A stretch of 63,961 bases of DNA, counting the filler, from Thelocarpon superellum (lineage: Eukaryota): assembly GCA_026025795.1 (NCBI GenBank). It is 7 parts of 7 records of this genome, joined end to end, with 100 filler letters (N's around TTAATTAATTAA, not from the genome) between each part and the next. Parts side by side here need not be neighbours in the genome. Positions count along the whole stretch, not along the records: positions 1 to 9,854 come from JAPEUG010000550.1; positions 9,955 to 19,783 come from JAPEUG010000551.1; 5 more parts are not named here. The stretch is one strand, 5' to 3'. The notes beneath the pieces are model-generated. The model was not told the origin of the DNA, did no database searches, and saw only the letters and a list, made by a program, of their open reading frames with translations. This document shows, piece by piece, positions 1 to 13,700 of this stretch; the first letter of the stretch is position 1, and the number at the start of each line of letters is the position of its first letter. The translations under genes were made by a program, and so were the position numbers.

Positions 1-1927
1 ATATCCAGAATCAAATTAGGGCCCGCTCAGCAGTCCAATCATCATCCCCAAGCAACACAAACGCCACCATTGCAGTACTCAGTATTGTCACACTGAAGAC
101 TTTAGCGGGTTCTTTCACGGCAGAGTCCGCTTGGATGAACTCACATCCCAATCGGTTGTACAGCTGGAGAGTCTTTTCTCTAGGTCTTTCATAGTAGTGA
201 CGGCAGCTTTGTTGGGATGAGGTGTGGGGCTGGAGGTTGCCACGGACATGAGAAGAGAAAAGACAAGGAGAATAAGATTCATTCTGAAACGAGCGTCGAA
301 GGAAGGTTATGGAAAGACGAAGCTCGAGAAGGTAGTAGCGGAGAGGAGGGATTGCCGTTGACATGAGTTGAATAAGAGTGATCAAGCAGAGTCAACGTCC
401 TTATATAGACGCCATCGTGAGCGATGCTGAGTAGCTGCTCAGCAACGTTCCGGGTGGAGCCGAGCGCATCAAGCTGAGTTCTGTCTCGAAACATGTCAGC
501 GCGGGCTGACGCTGCCGACGTCCAAAGGTTACGGACAGTTAAGCGCAACAGCACGATCAGTGAAACACTAATGTCGTCGTACGGTTGGATGGTTAATACT
601 ATGACAGCTTGAATCTTGAACCGGTCTCATCTCTTTCCCAGCTCTCGTCTTGCGCCAGAAACAACAAGGAGCCCAATGATTACAAGGTGATCGATGATCA
701 CGTGAAAGGGGGAAGAGTCGCAGATGTAATCGACCTCAGATTAGGGCAGTAGGGAGGGACTCCGAGACGATCTTCAGGTAGATCAAGAAGTGGAGTTCCA
801 GCGAAGAGTGCCCTGAGATCTGAAAATCGCCTTCACGTTTCACAACAAGGCGTACATTTCTCAGTGCCAAAGAGTACTTTGTTGGATTGCTCTAGAGAGA
901 CCCTATAAGCCAACAGACTGCGCACGGTTTTTGTGAGGCCCGATGGATGGGAGAGGAGCCTGCGCATGGAGCCGGTTGTAACTAAGCATCCTTATGCATG
1001 TCACTATACCCAAGCTTGATTTTTCCGTCGATAACGATTTGACACATTTCTGAGACCGAGTGTCCGAGATGCGGCTCGCGTGGAGTCCCGCTGTTGCACC
1101 ATCGCTCAGCTGTCCTGGTACGGCCAACGCACGGGTCGTAGTCGATCCGGGGCTGAGAAACATACCCAGCTGAGAGACTTCAAATGAACACTCCGGGTAT
1201 GAACCGACTAGAGCAGAGGTGTAATGACGTGCGATGTGGGACGAACAATTCCTTACGGTGGCGGATGACACCAGCTACGCTAATCAGCGGGTCCGTGGCT
1301 CCAAAGTTGCTCGAGCCGAAGCATGGCCCACCGTACTCGTACCCGTACTCGCACGTTGGCCACAAAGAACATGGCGCAAGCGACGATAGACTTTCCGAGC
1401 TCTGGGTCCATCGGCCAACCGAGGCCAATCACCGCTCGACGCGGCCGGTCGCTTAGCCAACTAGCTTCGGTCGTCCGTGTTGACGCTTGGTCCAGTGCCC
1501 CGCCACCGTACAGCTGTCTCTCGCCAAAAGGTCTCGGTAGAGGGCGGTGGGTGCTGGGTCAGCCTCTCGAAAGCGAGCAGGCTGGGACAAGGCGAATGAA
1601 TCTGCCTGCTGCCACTTCTCCGGCTCACTGGCTCTTCGCCTCTTCTCCTTCACCCCCGTGATCACGACCATCCGGGTCGTCCGTCAACGTTTTCCATTCT
1701 TTTGGGACAGTGCTTCACGGCAGTGCCAGCCCATGCTACGAGTTCTCGTGCTGCGGCGAGCGTGCTCGTGTTCAACGTGACCGCTACCGGTCTACATGAA
1801 TATATCTGCCTTCCGTTCCAAGTGTACGGGAAGCGAGTCTGCTTTCGCTGACATTCCTCGACCTCGTGGCGAGACCGTGGCCGTCGGATCTGACATTGTC
1901 GCTCCACATTCCTGAGCGTCACCGACC

Positions 1928-4412
1928 ATGGCTCCACCTCCCCCAATCGCTCCGCCCGGGAGCAGCACCTATTCCTCGAGCACGTTGAATGTTGGGGATG
2001 GCACCTGGGATAGCAGCCTCAACTCCTTTCTCCTCCCCAATCTTGTCGGCTTCAACCTGCCCACGACGCAATATAATGGTGAGCAGACCTCCCGCGCACC
2101 CTCGTCCCCATGGCGTGACTGACCACCCGGCTCCACAGGCATGGGCAATCGCTTCTCCGAGGTTCCCGAATACCACTCCGTCATTCGAGGCCATGGAATC
2201 GTCGCCGCCATCACCTTTCTCGTCATCGTGCCCACGGCCATCATGGTCGCCCGCTTCCAGGACCGTCGACCCGTCTGGGCCATCCAAGTGCACATCTGGC
2301 TGCAGATCATCACCGTCTTGTTGTCGACGGTCATCGTAATCTTGGGCTTCATTGCCGTCGGACCGTTGCGCGCCCTCTCCAATCCGCACCACGGCATTGG
2401 GCTGGCCATCTACGTCATGATCCTCAATCAGACTATCGGCGGCTGGTGGGTTCATCGACGAATGGAGAAGGGCAGGAATCGAAATCGCGTTCCCCTGACC
2501 CTGGTGGTAAGTCTGACCCATATGCCTGGCGCAGGCCCCGTGTGGCCGAGAATCTGCGGGGAAAGTAGAAAGATCAAGGGCTGACCTCACTTTCTAGCTC
2601 CATCAATGGCTGGGCCGCACCATCGCCCTCCTCGGCATCATTCAAGTCGCGCTCGGACTCACGCTGTATGGCTCTCCGACGGCGCTCTTCGTCCTCTACG
2701 CCTTGGCCGTCTTCGTCCTCGTCTGTACGTACTTCGTCCTGTCCTATCGTGAGACCAACCGCATCGAATACGGCCATCGAGGCAGCGGCGTATCGCGGTA
2801 CGACGAATACGATGAGACTCGGAGTCGCCGCAGCAGTCACCGAATGCGTCATCTCGCGGAGGCGGGCGCAGCTGGCCTGGGACTTGCGGCCCTCAACCGT
2901 TATCGACATCGATCTCGAAGTCGAAGTCGCCGCGGTAGCCGGAGCCGCGTAGATGTGGCCGAATCCCGGCGCTCGTCGACCTCGCGCGTCGACCTGGGGC
3001 GCCCACGCCCGGAGTCGGGCTCATTCATCGAGGAGGAGAAGTATTCGCGCCGGGATAAAGATCGGCATACGTGGCGCAACCGGCTGCTCGAGGTCGGCGC
3101 AGTGGCCGGCGCGGCAGCGCTTGCAAAGAACCTGTTGGATCGACGACGTGGCCGGGGAGCGAACGACGACCAGGTCTACCCAGCGGGTCGAGGCCCATAC
3201 GGAGCCCGTCGACACAGCGTGAGCGAAGAAAGCGTCAGTCGACTGGAAGAGGGCCGACAGGGGAGCCGGTCACATCGAGGGCCTGGCTTGCGACGGACCC
3301 AGAGCTACGACTCCGTCTCGAGTCGGACAAGCATCGATGGGCGACGTCAGGGGAATAAGGTGGGCGCCGACGTGGCTACGTTGGGGGTCTTTGGCTTGAT
3401 CAAAGCGGCCATCAGCGGGCGACGTGATCGCCGGGAGCAGCAGCGGGTGGACGAGGTCCGAGAGAGCGAGCGAGTCAACGAGCGAGTGACACGACAAGGC
3501 AGCCAAAGGAACCGGTACACGGGCGATGACTTTCCTCGCCACGGAGGTCGACGAGGGTCGCTGACGACGTCGACCCTGACGTCCAACGCGGTCGACTCAC
3601 GCTACCCTGGTGGTGCACCCCAGGCGACCGTTGCAGGAGGAGCTCCGTCGGGGCCCTACGCCTATCCTCCGCCGCAAGGCGGAGTCGCCCCACTACCGGC
3701 GGGGGCGCCGGTACCGATGCCCCCTGCTCCTCCAGATCCGCAGGGGATCCTTCATCAAGAATACGCCGACTCCGACCGTGAACACCGTCATCACACGGCC
3801 CGCGACGCGGCCGCGGCCGGAGCGGTTGCTGGCGTAGCCGGTGCCGCCGTCGCGTCCGAGGTGGCGGAACACGAACGCGACCGCTTTCGACCTCGACGTG
3901 ACGAGGCTAACCCAGCGACGCCCCCGATGGCGGTCAAGGTCAAGCTTCACAATGACAATCGGCGAAACGTGACGCTGCGAAAGCTGTCGGAACAGGAACG
4001 GATCGCGGAGCGAGAGGCGCGACGAAGCGATCGCAGCAGCGGCCGGCGCCGCTACCGACGCGATAATGACAGTGACGCTTCTGGCAACGAAGGCAGCGAC
4101 CGCTGGCGACGACCCTCGGCGGGTCCCAGCAACAATCCCGTTGCGTCGGCGCAACGCACCACGGCGACGGGGTATGTGCCGCCACCGCCGCAGCCGGTGC
4201 CCGTCCCCACGCAACCGGGCTACCTCCCGCCGCCGCCACCCATCCCGGCGTCTGGACCGGCCCGGCCCGGTAGCGTCGGCAGCCCAGGGACGTATGACGG
4301 CACGACGACAGACGGATCGGCGGGCGATGCCGCCAGTCGACGACAGCGACGACGGGCCGAACGGGCCTCGCAAGGGTATAATCGATCGGCGGGCACGGTG
4401 GATTATACATGA
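1928..4412 (+). CDS. Cytochrome b561-like transmembrane domain protein with long Arg/Ser/Pro-rich C-terminal tail; 3 exons (1928-2078, 2139-2506, 2598-4412)
   Basis: Introns 2079-2138 (GTGAGC..CTGAC..CAG) and 2507-2597 (GTAAGT..CTGAC..TAG) join three ORFs in frame. Hydrophobic helices carry His motifs GHG, VHIWLQ, NPHHGIG and LHQWLGR, typical of b561 folds. Confidence 0.8.
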
Positions 4413-4822
4413 TGGATCTCGTCAGGTGCCTCGATACGATGAAGCGAGTGAGTCGAGTCGCGTTGATTTGGTTTGATTTCAGCGAGCAAAGCGCAGGTGG
4501 TCTGGGATGGAAATGGGTACCAAGGGGGGAATTGTCGCGAGGGGCATCGCATCTGAATGATGCATGGTAAAGTGGGCCACGACCAGAGAGATCATCTGAT
4601 GCTCGCCTCTTTTTGTGACGGCAGGTCAATGTATGTATCATAAGAATCAATGGAACACACGGGGGTAACCCTGACGACGAGGTCCAATGGGCTGAATTCG
4701 AGACCATTTATTTCGGCACGACAGGCGGCTTCTTGCCGACGAGGAGTGGATGGAGAGGCACAAAGAAGACTCTCCGCCTACTTGCACTACTCGTCCCGAG
4801 ATATCCATGCCATTGAAGTTAA

Positions 4823-6116
4823 CTAATCACCATGACTATCCGCACGACCATGCAGCACACCGTCCACTGGGCCTCTCCCACGGCCGCGCTTGGCGCCCCA
4901 AACGTCCAAGCCCCAGTCGAACAAGCCATAAGTCCATCCGCCGGCGACCAAGACGCCACTGACGACATTGACGACGCGCAGCAAGAAGGCCAGAAACCCT
5001 TGCCGCTCCTCCGAGACCAGCAGCAGGATGGGCTCGATGTCGAACTTGAAGAAGATGCCGGGGATCGACCGCTCGCCTACCATGTGGCTCTGCGATGTCA
5101 CGGCGTACTGGTTCGTGCTGATGGACGCGCGCGGCGTGCTGTAGATGGTCGGAACGACGGAGAGGAAGTATTGGTATTTGAAGAAGTGGAGGTCCGTGGT
5201 CGCCACCGTCGCGTCGAGCGGATTGGAGAGGGAGGGGTAAAAGGGCCCGAAGGAGAGCTCGTTCACTATGTGGGAGAAGTTGAACGCTGTTGAGATGGGG
5301 AGCACTTAGCGGACGATGGATGATGAGGGTGGTAGGATTGAGCGGGGGGCCAAGAGAACATACCGGAATGGTCCATATGCGCACCGAAATCCATATATCC
5401 ATGGCCGCGCGCGGTGATGTGAAAGTCACCTTGGACTTTGTTCAGGTCGAGGCTGCCGTAGACTCGACAAGCGTCGGGGGTGCCTCGGACCCGGGGGGTC
5501 TTCTTAAACTTCTGCTTGCCGTGCGTCGCGCCCATGACGTCGTGAACGTGCTCTGCATAGCCCTCGGCATCATCCGCGTCCCCGCCGCCGCCGCCTCCAC
5601 TCGTCCGGCCGCTATTCAGCGCATGGACGCCGCGCTGGAGCTTCCATTGCGCCCACGACGTGTCGTCTTCCTTGAGCCGCTCAGCAGCGAGGATGCGATC
5701 GCCCGAGGCGTCCTGCACGTTGACGTGCACGTCGCCGCAGCGCATGGCCACCACCATGTCCAGATTGATCTGCAGCGCGTGGCCCACGCCCTTTTCCACG
5801 CTGAAGTTCTGCGTCTCGTGCCCGCGCGACCAGCGGAAGAGCTCCGTCAGGCTCAGGACCGTGCAGATGCCCAGCAGCAGAATCGTCCATTGCCCGCCCC
5901 GTGCGTGCCGTGTCGTGTATGTCGTTTTGGTCTTGGCTGTCCGTTTCCAGCGTGCTGGTCAGTCGTTGGCTGGATGGAGGCTATGGGGGAGGGGGTTGTA
6001 GCTGATTGGAACGTACGAAAGGCATCAAATGTCCTCAGGCCCTCTCCTATCCCCCGCTTCTCTCCAAACGCCGTCTCGTCCATGCCATGGGTCGCGAACC
6101 CATTCATCGTCGTCAT
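4823..6116 (-). CDS. ERV41: COPII vesicle / ERGIC protein Erv41 (multi-exon)
   Basis: Motifs LRTFDAFPK, LQINLDMVVAMRC, CRVYGSLDLNKVQGDFHITARGHGY, NFSHIVNELSFG, YQYFLSVVPTIY and PGIFFKFDIEP, plus two TM segments, across ORFs 5853-6116, 5266-5799 and 4823-5305. Confidence 0.92.
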
Positions 6117-7043
6117 ACCATTGGCAAGAAGGGTGATTGTGGGGTGGGTGCGAAGGTGAGTTAGGGCGGCAATTCAACCATGGTTGTGGTGATGCTGGCA
6201 CCTGGGGTCCACTGTCCGAATGGCGCCCATGAAATATTGGAAGATGACAGCTTGCCGCCGTGTCGGCGATGTGGCCCGTGCATCCTTCGTCGCACCATGC
6301 TGGGCAGTTTGCTAACGTAACTAACATACCCTACTCAGGTACGGGGGACGGGACTGGGTACGACTACGGTAGAGGGTATGGAGAGCTCCACGCTACGGTG
6401 ACCAGTGATTACCCCAGGTCTGCCCGCTGCGTCGCTGAACGAGAATCCCGCCTGCCAATCAGGGACCGAGTCTCCGCCTTCCTGCTACTCCGCTACTCCA
6501 TTATCCCACTCGCGGCTCCACATTTGCGTGAGCGACCGCCTGCTCCGTGTTACACCTCGTTAGCAGACACCACCCATCTGACCGATCCCGTCCCGTCACG
6601 TCGAACTTCACGTTACTCCATCTTGCATCATGGCTGCATCATGGCTGCACTCATTGTTGTCGTCTATCTCCCTAACTGCCATGCTGTGCAAAGTGCAGGG
6701 TGACCACGAACGGGGCCTGGTCCCGGTACACGTGCCCGATCCTCCCAATGCCGAAGATCCCTTGTGCCCAGATCATGTCCATCTCGAATGAAGCGAATGA
6801 TCAGAAGTAGATGCTAGCATCCACAAGCCTGCGGCGGCGGTCCAGGTCGCGCAGAGAAGAGAAGAGAAGTAGAATCAAAGTCGGCAGACAAGCTGCGAGG
6901 GTGGTTAAAAGGGGGAAAGTTGAGAATCGAACGTGCACATGATCCATCGCTCCATCGCTCCATCGCTCCAGTTCCTTGCCACGCACTGCGCCAATACTGT
7001 CAAGCCAGGCCGAGCGCCTCCCATGACACGAATACCCTCGTCC

Positions 7044-9354
7044 TCAGACGGGCGATAAGTGATGTCCATGGGCGAAGCGACGCTGATGCACCGACCGCTT
7101 GGAGCTACCACCCTGCTTCTTGAACAGGGTCAGCCGAGCAGGGCCGCCACAGATCTCCTGGTCGCTGCCGTTGCACTCCAACTTGCAGTCCGACGCCGGC
7201 GCATCCGAGCCGCCATGCAGCGAATTGTCACAGAAGCATTGACCCGCATTCTCCGTGCCGGCGTAGGAGTAGCCATTGGAGTCGCAGAACTGAGCGCATC
7301 CCGACGACGTCATCGGTTGACCCCACCAGCCCATGTTGGTCAGGGCCCGGGGATTGACCGGGTCCACGTAGCAGCCCACAGCGACCCAGCCACTGGGCAA
7401 CTTGATGTTCTCCGTCGTGGCATTGGTTGATGGCGCCGGGCTCCCCGAGCATGAGGAGGAGCTTCCAGCCGAGGTGCCCTCGGGCGTCGTCGACGCGCCC
7501 TTGGGAGGGGCCGCCGCAGATGAGGATGCGGGAGCAGCATCAGCTGGCACCGGTTCCCCCGAGCCGCCGGGGGACGAAGATCCAGAGTGAGAAGCAGGCG
7601 AGGGCGAGGGCGAGGGCGCGGCCGAGCCTGATGCGGGTCCACTGCCAGAGCCAGCGCCCGAGGCCGAGCCAGGGGTTGAGCCAGACGCCGGACTCGAGCC
7701 TGACGTCGGGGCAGTGTAGGGCGCAGCGGAGCTTCCGGTGGAAACGGCGGCAGCTTCCACGCCGTCCGACGGGGTCGCTGGCGCAGCCGAGGAACCCGAT
7801 GAGGACCCCGATGAGGACCCCGAGGACCCCGAGGGAGCGGCCGGGGAGGTCGTGGGCGCGGACGAGTTGCCTACCACACCGAGCTCCACGTTCTGGCAGG
7901 TGCCCGAGCATTTCTGGTAGATCGAGAGCGCGCTAGGTCCACCACAATACTCGCCATTGTCGCCCGCACACATCATCACGCAATTGCCCGCCAGGCCCGC
8001 GACAGGCGCGTTCGCCGACGGGAGGTCGTTGCCACAGAAGCATTGCGTCGAGTACTCCAAGCCGGCATACTTCTGGCCCTGTCCGCTGCAAAAGTCCACG
8101 CAGCTCTCCACCGTCATGTCGTTGTTTTGCTGGTTCGGGCCCGAGAGCGTCCGGGGTTGGCCGGCGATGTCCGTACCGCAGCCAATGTATTCGTACCCCT
8201 TGGTCTTCGTCACATCGGTGAAGAATTGTTCCGGCGGCCCGATCGTCGTCGTCGCACCGCAGCCCGACTTAGGCACAGCCTCTGCGGGCCCACTCTGAAC
8301 GGGATTGCACCCGGGGAGGGCTGGGAGAACGCCTTGCGTCTGTTCGTCAATCGACACGGGGATCCGACAGGCCTGGGAGACGTCGTTGGAGGTCAACGGC
8401 ATGAGAGGAGCGCACTTGGTGATATCACCGCTGCCGCCTTGGCCGGTGTCGCCGTCCTTGCAGTTGTGCACCGCGTCCTGGAGGATATCGACATCCCAGC
8501 CATTGACGAAATCGCCGTGGTACCCATACCCCGTCGGGTCGCCCGTCGAGAACACAAACGGCTGCGAGTCGCCGTACCACATATCCGCGAAGTCATCCGT
8601 CTGCCAGATGACCTCGTAGAAGATGGAGATGAGGCGCGTGTCGAAGCCCGGGGGGCACTGCCCACCGTTGTACGTGCTGCCATAGACCACGTGCGACTTG
8701 TGGTCCGGCGAGTCGAGATCCTTGCCGTTCCAGCACGACGGGAAGTACACTTGCACGCGCACGCCGTCAGGGCAGTTGCCGGTCGGAAGGTACTTGGTCT
8801 CCGGCGTCGCAGGTCCGTTGTAGTTGAGGCAGGCGAACGTGATCGCGTCCGATGCCACCGTGCCCGTGTCGTTGCGAAGGGTGGGGTCGCCCGCCACCAT
8901 CTGGAAGCCTGCGGGAAAGGCGTAGAGGGAGGATTCGTCCTTGCCCGGGTCAGGACGCTGTCTGTCTCGTGGTCAGTCTCTCATCGTGCGCCCGACAGAC
9001 GGCGGATTCTTACTCGTAGTAGACAAGCATGCCGCCGCTCTGCTCCACGCTAATGAAGCTCCCGTTTTCCGCCGCGTAGTAGAGGCTCGGGACCCAGTAG
9101 TTGGATAGATCACCTTTGGCTTGACATGTGGAGCAGGTTGAGGCGCGGGCTTGCGCGTAGTCCATGGTGAAGCCGAAGCCATTGCCGCCCATGACCGTGT
9201 GCACGTGGCCCGACACCTTGCCAGGGCTGATGATGGGATCGGCGCGTTCAACCACAACGGGAGACGTGCAGGGCACCTTCCAGAAGGCAGCGGCTGGGCC
9301 GACCAGAGAGGCGACAACCCCCATGGCCGTAGCCACTGCACACGAGGAGTGCAT
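7044..9354 (-). CDS. Secreted DUF1996 + two WSC-domain protein; intron 8962-9013
   Basis: Signal peptide, then DUF1996 motifs (RADPIISPG..HVHTVMGG, DLSNYWVP, FPSCWNGKDLDSPDHKSHV, GYGYHGDFVNGWD). Two WSC repeats (MTVESCVDFC..YAGLEYSTQCFCG; MTSSGCAQFC..YAGTENAGQCFC) are separated by a Ser/Pro/Gly linker. Confidence 0.92.
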
Positions 9355-9854
9355 GATGGGTGGGGTGAAGTGAGGTGCGTGGAAGCCGAAGGGGATGGGA
9401 AAGCCGCGAGGGCCAAGCAGCAGAGATCAACTCAGGGAGGGGAGGGGGATGGGGCGAAGAGAAAGCGTCGATCAATGTGAAGGACTGAAGAACCGTGGCC
9501 GGCAAAGGAGCGTGATGGTCAACTGAAGTAGAGATCGTTGAGGGAAGTGAACGTGGGCAGAGTCTCGGACTCTGGGCGCAAAAAGGCAACGCAGGGCAGG
9601 TGTGGAGAAACAAATGAGTGAGGGGTGCAGAGGTGAAGAAAACAGAACGAAACACGGCGCTCCAGACACCTTCAAGTAGTGCGGTGTTGACGCCTGGGGC
9701 TGGGGGGTGGATCGGAGTGAATGGGCCCTCATCCCGACCAGACCGCCCACCCGCGCGCCACGGTGAGCCATCATGCCCAAGGCGTCGTGAGCAAAGTCTC
9801 TACTTACCCCCCCACCCGCAGCGCTCTACCTAGCCGACCTGCGAATGATGCTCC

Positions 9855-9954
9855 NNNNNNNNNNNNNNNNNNNNNNNNNNNNNNNNNNNNNNNNNNNNTT
9901 AATTAATTAANNNNNNNNNNNNNNNNNNNNNNNNNNNNNNNNNNNNNNNNNNNN
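9855..9954. other. Artificial contig linker N44-TTAATTAATTAA-N44
   Basis: Identical 100-nt spacer with stops in all six frames, seen six times in the window. Confidence 0.99.
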
Positions 9955-10714
9955 GGACACAGATTGCCGGTCAACTCCGCCAAAACTTTTACACCGTGAC
10001 CCCGAAAGACGGCCATGACTGTAGAGAAAGCGGGTCTTTGTGATAGTGCTTCGAGGTAACGCGGTGCCACACTCTCGAAAGGATGCGGGGAATTTGAGAG
10101 GTATTGCTGGTAGTAGACGCTTCTCATACTTGAGCATTGCTACGAGTAGACGCGGAAGAGACGGAACACGAAGTGAAACGACGTGGTAGTCGTGGGAGCC
10201 GTTGAGGCGGTATGGCGTGCCAGGTACTATGTTAGCTAATGTTAGTGCTGACAGGACGGGGATGGGACCGGTCCCAGCACTAAAACCCGGCGGTGACATG
10301 CCAGACGCTGCAGCTGCCAGCTGGTCGAGCAAGGCAACCTGGACCGGACTCGGCTATTCATGTTGGCTATTTTGGAGCCTTCGTTCATCCGTGCATCGCG
10401 CTTGATGTCTGATGATTCTCCAGCGTCTCACGCCCGACGTCCGACGTCCGACTTTTGACTTTGACTTTTGACCTCAAGCCATAGCGCTGCGACCTGGCCC
10501 GGTTGGGTAGACCATCCAGACATCAGACCAGCATCGCCCTGCTCTATGTCTCTCATGTGGCCATTGATTTGTGAGAGACGACCGGCTTCGCACGACACCT
10601 CAAGCCGCCCGCAAGCCTCCGTCTACCAGCGTCCGCCTACAAAGCTGCACACTGCATAGAAAAGTGGACGGACAACCTTCGCCTCCCCCAACGACCCCGT
10701 CCGGCCAATGTCCA

Positions 10715-13700
10715 ATGTCCACCACGGACTCGGTCCCCCCGAGCAAAGATGTCGCACCGACTCCGACCCTTGACCTGTCCCGGCTGCGCACGTTGCCGTC
10801 GGAGCAGCAAGATCTGCATCTGCTCGTCTTCACCGCCGACCTCGTGCGCCATGTTGATGCCCTCGATCCGGACCATGTCACCGTCCAACAGGCCGCCCTG
10901 AAGCGCGAGTTGATGCAGGTCATCCACCTGTCCCCGCCGGCTCCCTCTCGCGTCATCCGAAACAATGTGGCGCGATGCTTTGCCATGGTCTTTGGCCGAG
11001 GAAATCGTCGCCTTCTCTTCGAGACGGTCAACGAGCTCCTGGCCATCCTGAACGAGGGCAAGACGGACAAAGACCTCGGGGCCAAGCATGCCGCCGTCCG
11101 CTGCATCGGTGACATCTTCGAGGTGGCCGGGGACAGCGTCATGTCGTTGTCGAGCGAGGTTGCATCGGCCGTGCTCCGCACGCTGAAGCCCGCCCAGCAA
11201 GACGCCGGCCTGCGCAGCGCCATCTTCATCACCCTGCGGAAACTCTGGCAACGCTTTGCTTCATCCGCCGACGAGCAGTTGGCCCGCGAGACGTGGAAGC
11301 AGTCGCGCAATGTCACCTCCTCCGACAAGGCCAACCTCCCACGACGCAGCGCCATCCTCTGTCTCGAGCAGCTCATCGCCTCGACGCCCTATTTCGACAA
11401 CGCCTCCGACTTTGAATCGCTCCGGGCCGTCATGTTCCGCGCCATGGACACGCCCGCGCCGCACCTCCGTCACGCGGCGGCAGCCTGCCTCGCCACCGCA
11501 CTAGTCAAGGTCTATGCCGAAGATGACGGCGCCCGCGCCGAACCAAAGGCGAGGAAGGCGAAGAAGGCCAAAGGCAAGCCGCACACGGCCCCGGACGACG
11601 ACCCGGAGCTCCAGCGCCCCGACTCGCCCCCAGCAAAGAAGTCCCCGGCCAAGCTCACCTTTGGTCTGGTCGAGATCCTGCGCCAGCTGTCGGTCCACTA
11701 CAATCGCACCTCGACCTCCAACCGCGCTCGGGCCGGCCTCGCCGCCTGCTACGCCCGGCTCATGCGAAAATGGGGGGAGCGGGTCGTGCAGACGCACTAC
11801 TTCGCCATCGCCGACCATTTCCTCATAGACCTCTTGAACCATCATGCCCTGCTCTACAACCGATATCGCCTGCTGATCACCCGCCGATACGTCCGCGTCA
11901 TCCTGGAGACCGTCATCGGCCGCGAGATGCTCACCCAAGCGGGCCAGCGCGAGGCTGCGACGACGCTCATCAACGACGTCCTGCGGAACTATCCGCAGGT
12001 CATCAAGGAGCGCCCCGCCCCCAGCAAGTACACGCTGACCGGCGCTCTGAGCGCCTTGGCCTCCTTGATTCAATCGCTGGGCTCGGCCATGAGCCCTATC
12101 GCCGAGACGTGCCGCGATGGCCTGCTGCAGGTCCTGCAGCATCTCAGCTACACCGTGCAGATCGCCACCGCTCATTGTCTGCGCGAGTTCATCCTGGCCT
12201 GTCCGCAGCAGTTGGTCCCATGCCTCAGCATTTGCCTGAACAGTACCACGCGTGAGCTGGGTCTCCTGTCCTCGCCGCGCCAGTCGCCGCGCAAGTGCGT
12301 CGGGTGTGCCAACGGCTTAGCCGCCATCCTCAGCATCTCTATCCGGCAGCCGCTCCACAGCTCGCTCGAGCTCAACGCACGCATCCTCCGCCTGGCCACG
12401 GAGCTTTTGAAGACGAGCACGAATTCGGAGCTTCGCACGTCCGCCACCCAGATCCAGGTCGCCTGGATCCTCATCGGCGGCCTCATGTCGCTGGGGCCCA
12501 ACTTCGTCAAGATCCACCTGGCCCAGTTTCTCTTGATGTGGCGCAACGCCCTCCCCAAATCCATCCCCCCCGAGAACATCGCCCAGCGCACCCTGCTCGA
12601 GCTCAGCTTCCTCGCCCACGTGCGCGAGTGTGCCCTCGGCTCCATCTTGGCCTTTCTCGAATCCAACAGCCGCCTGCTCACGACGGACGTGTCGAAGCGG
12701 CTGGCGGCGCTGCTGCAGAACACCACGAGTTTCCTGGATAGCCTGCCGGCCAAGAAGACCGCTGACGATCGGTCGCAACGCTTGTCGCCGTCCCTCCAGC
12801 TCTACGACCTGGACTCGATGGTGCGCCGTCGCGTGCTGCAGTGCTATACCAAACTGGTCCAGCTGAGCCCGGCTGGCGGCAGCGAGACGCTCCTCCATTC
12901 CAACCTCGTAACGCTGGCCATGTCCTTCTTCGCCGATCCCGACAATTACTCGCCGAGTTCGCTGAGCACCACCATCGCCAACTCGACCTCCCACTTTGAG
13001 AGCGTCTGGGATATTGGCGACAACAGTGGCTTCGGCATCACCGGCCTCGTCGGCGGCCTCGACACGAAGCGGCTCCCGGGCGCCCCGACCTCCGAGATTC
13101 AGCCGCATTGGCTGACACGAAAAGGCGCCGATGCGATGATCGATCAGACGGTAGGTCGCCTTGAGCCTCGGCGCCTTCGGTCTTCTCCTGCTTGCCCCCA
13201 TCTGACGGAAAGCAGCTTCTGACGCCCATAGCCGGCGCGCGCGAGCATGACTCGCTCTCGCTCTACGTCGGCCGCGATTCCGTCATCGAGGAGTTCTCCG
13301 ACCCACCAGCGACGGAAGTGGTGAATGCCGCCATCCGTCTCTTCGCCCTCTCCTTTCCCATCCAGCCCTTCAAGATACAGGAGAGCATCCTGGAGCAGAT
13401 GGCCACCTTCTTGACCGCCACGGCGCTGCAGCGTGATCCCGGTCGACAGGCCGCCATGACCGTCAATGTTGCCCTGGCCATCCTCGCCACGCTGCAGACG
13501 GCCGCGCGAGAGACGTCGGCCGACTCGGGCGAACCACGCGGCGTGGCGGTGGAGAAGATCATGCAGGAACTGTTACGGGTGAGCGCGCCGATCCAGGCAG
13601 ACCGCGCCGTCCCAATCGGCTGACCGCGTGCCAGGGCTTTGTCGTGCACCCGGACCAATACGTGAGGAACCTTGGGTGTGCCGCGCTGGGTCATCTCTGC

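Noticed and set aside
11..900. Minus-strand ORFs 11-385 and 279-554, and a possible LTR remnant ending TCACAACA near 847
   Set aside because: No recognisable motif, no coherent splice model, and no second copy or target duplication.
6942..6970. Short tandem repeats (TCCATCGC x3; also near 10434-10473, 26996-27025 and 51459-51489)
   Set aside because: Two or three copies in UTR or promoter DNA; ordinary slippage products with no spacer structure.
9955..10365. Possible 5' end of a minus-strand gene divergent from LAA1 (branch-like GCTAAC and acceptor near 10225)
   Set aside because: Cut by the contig edge; frame and product could not be fixed.
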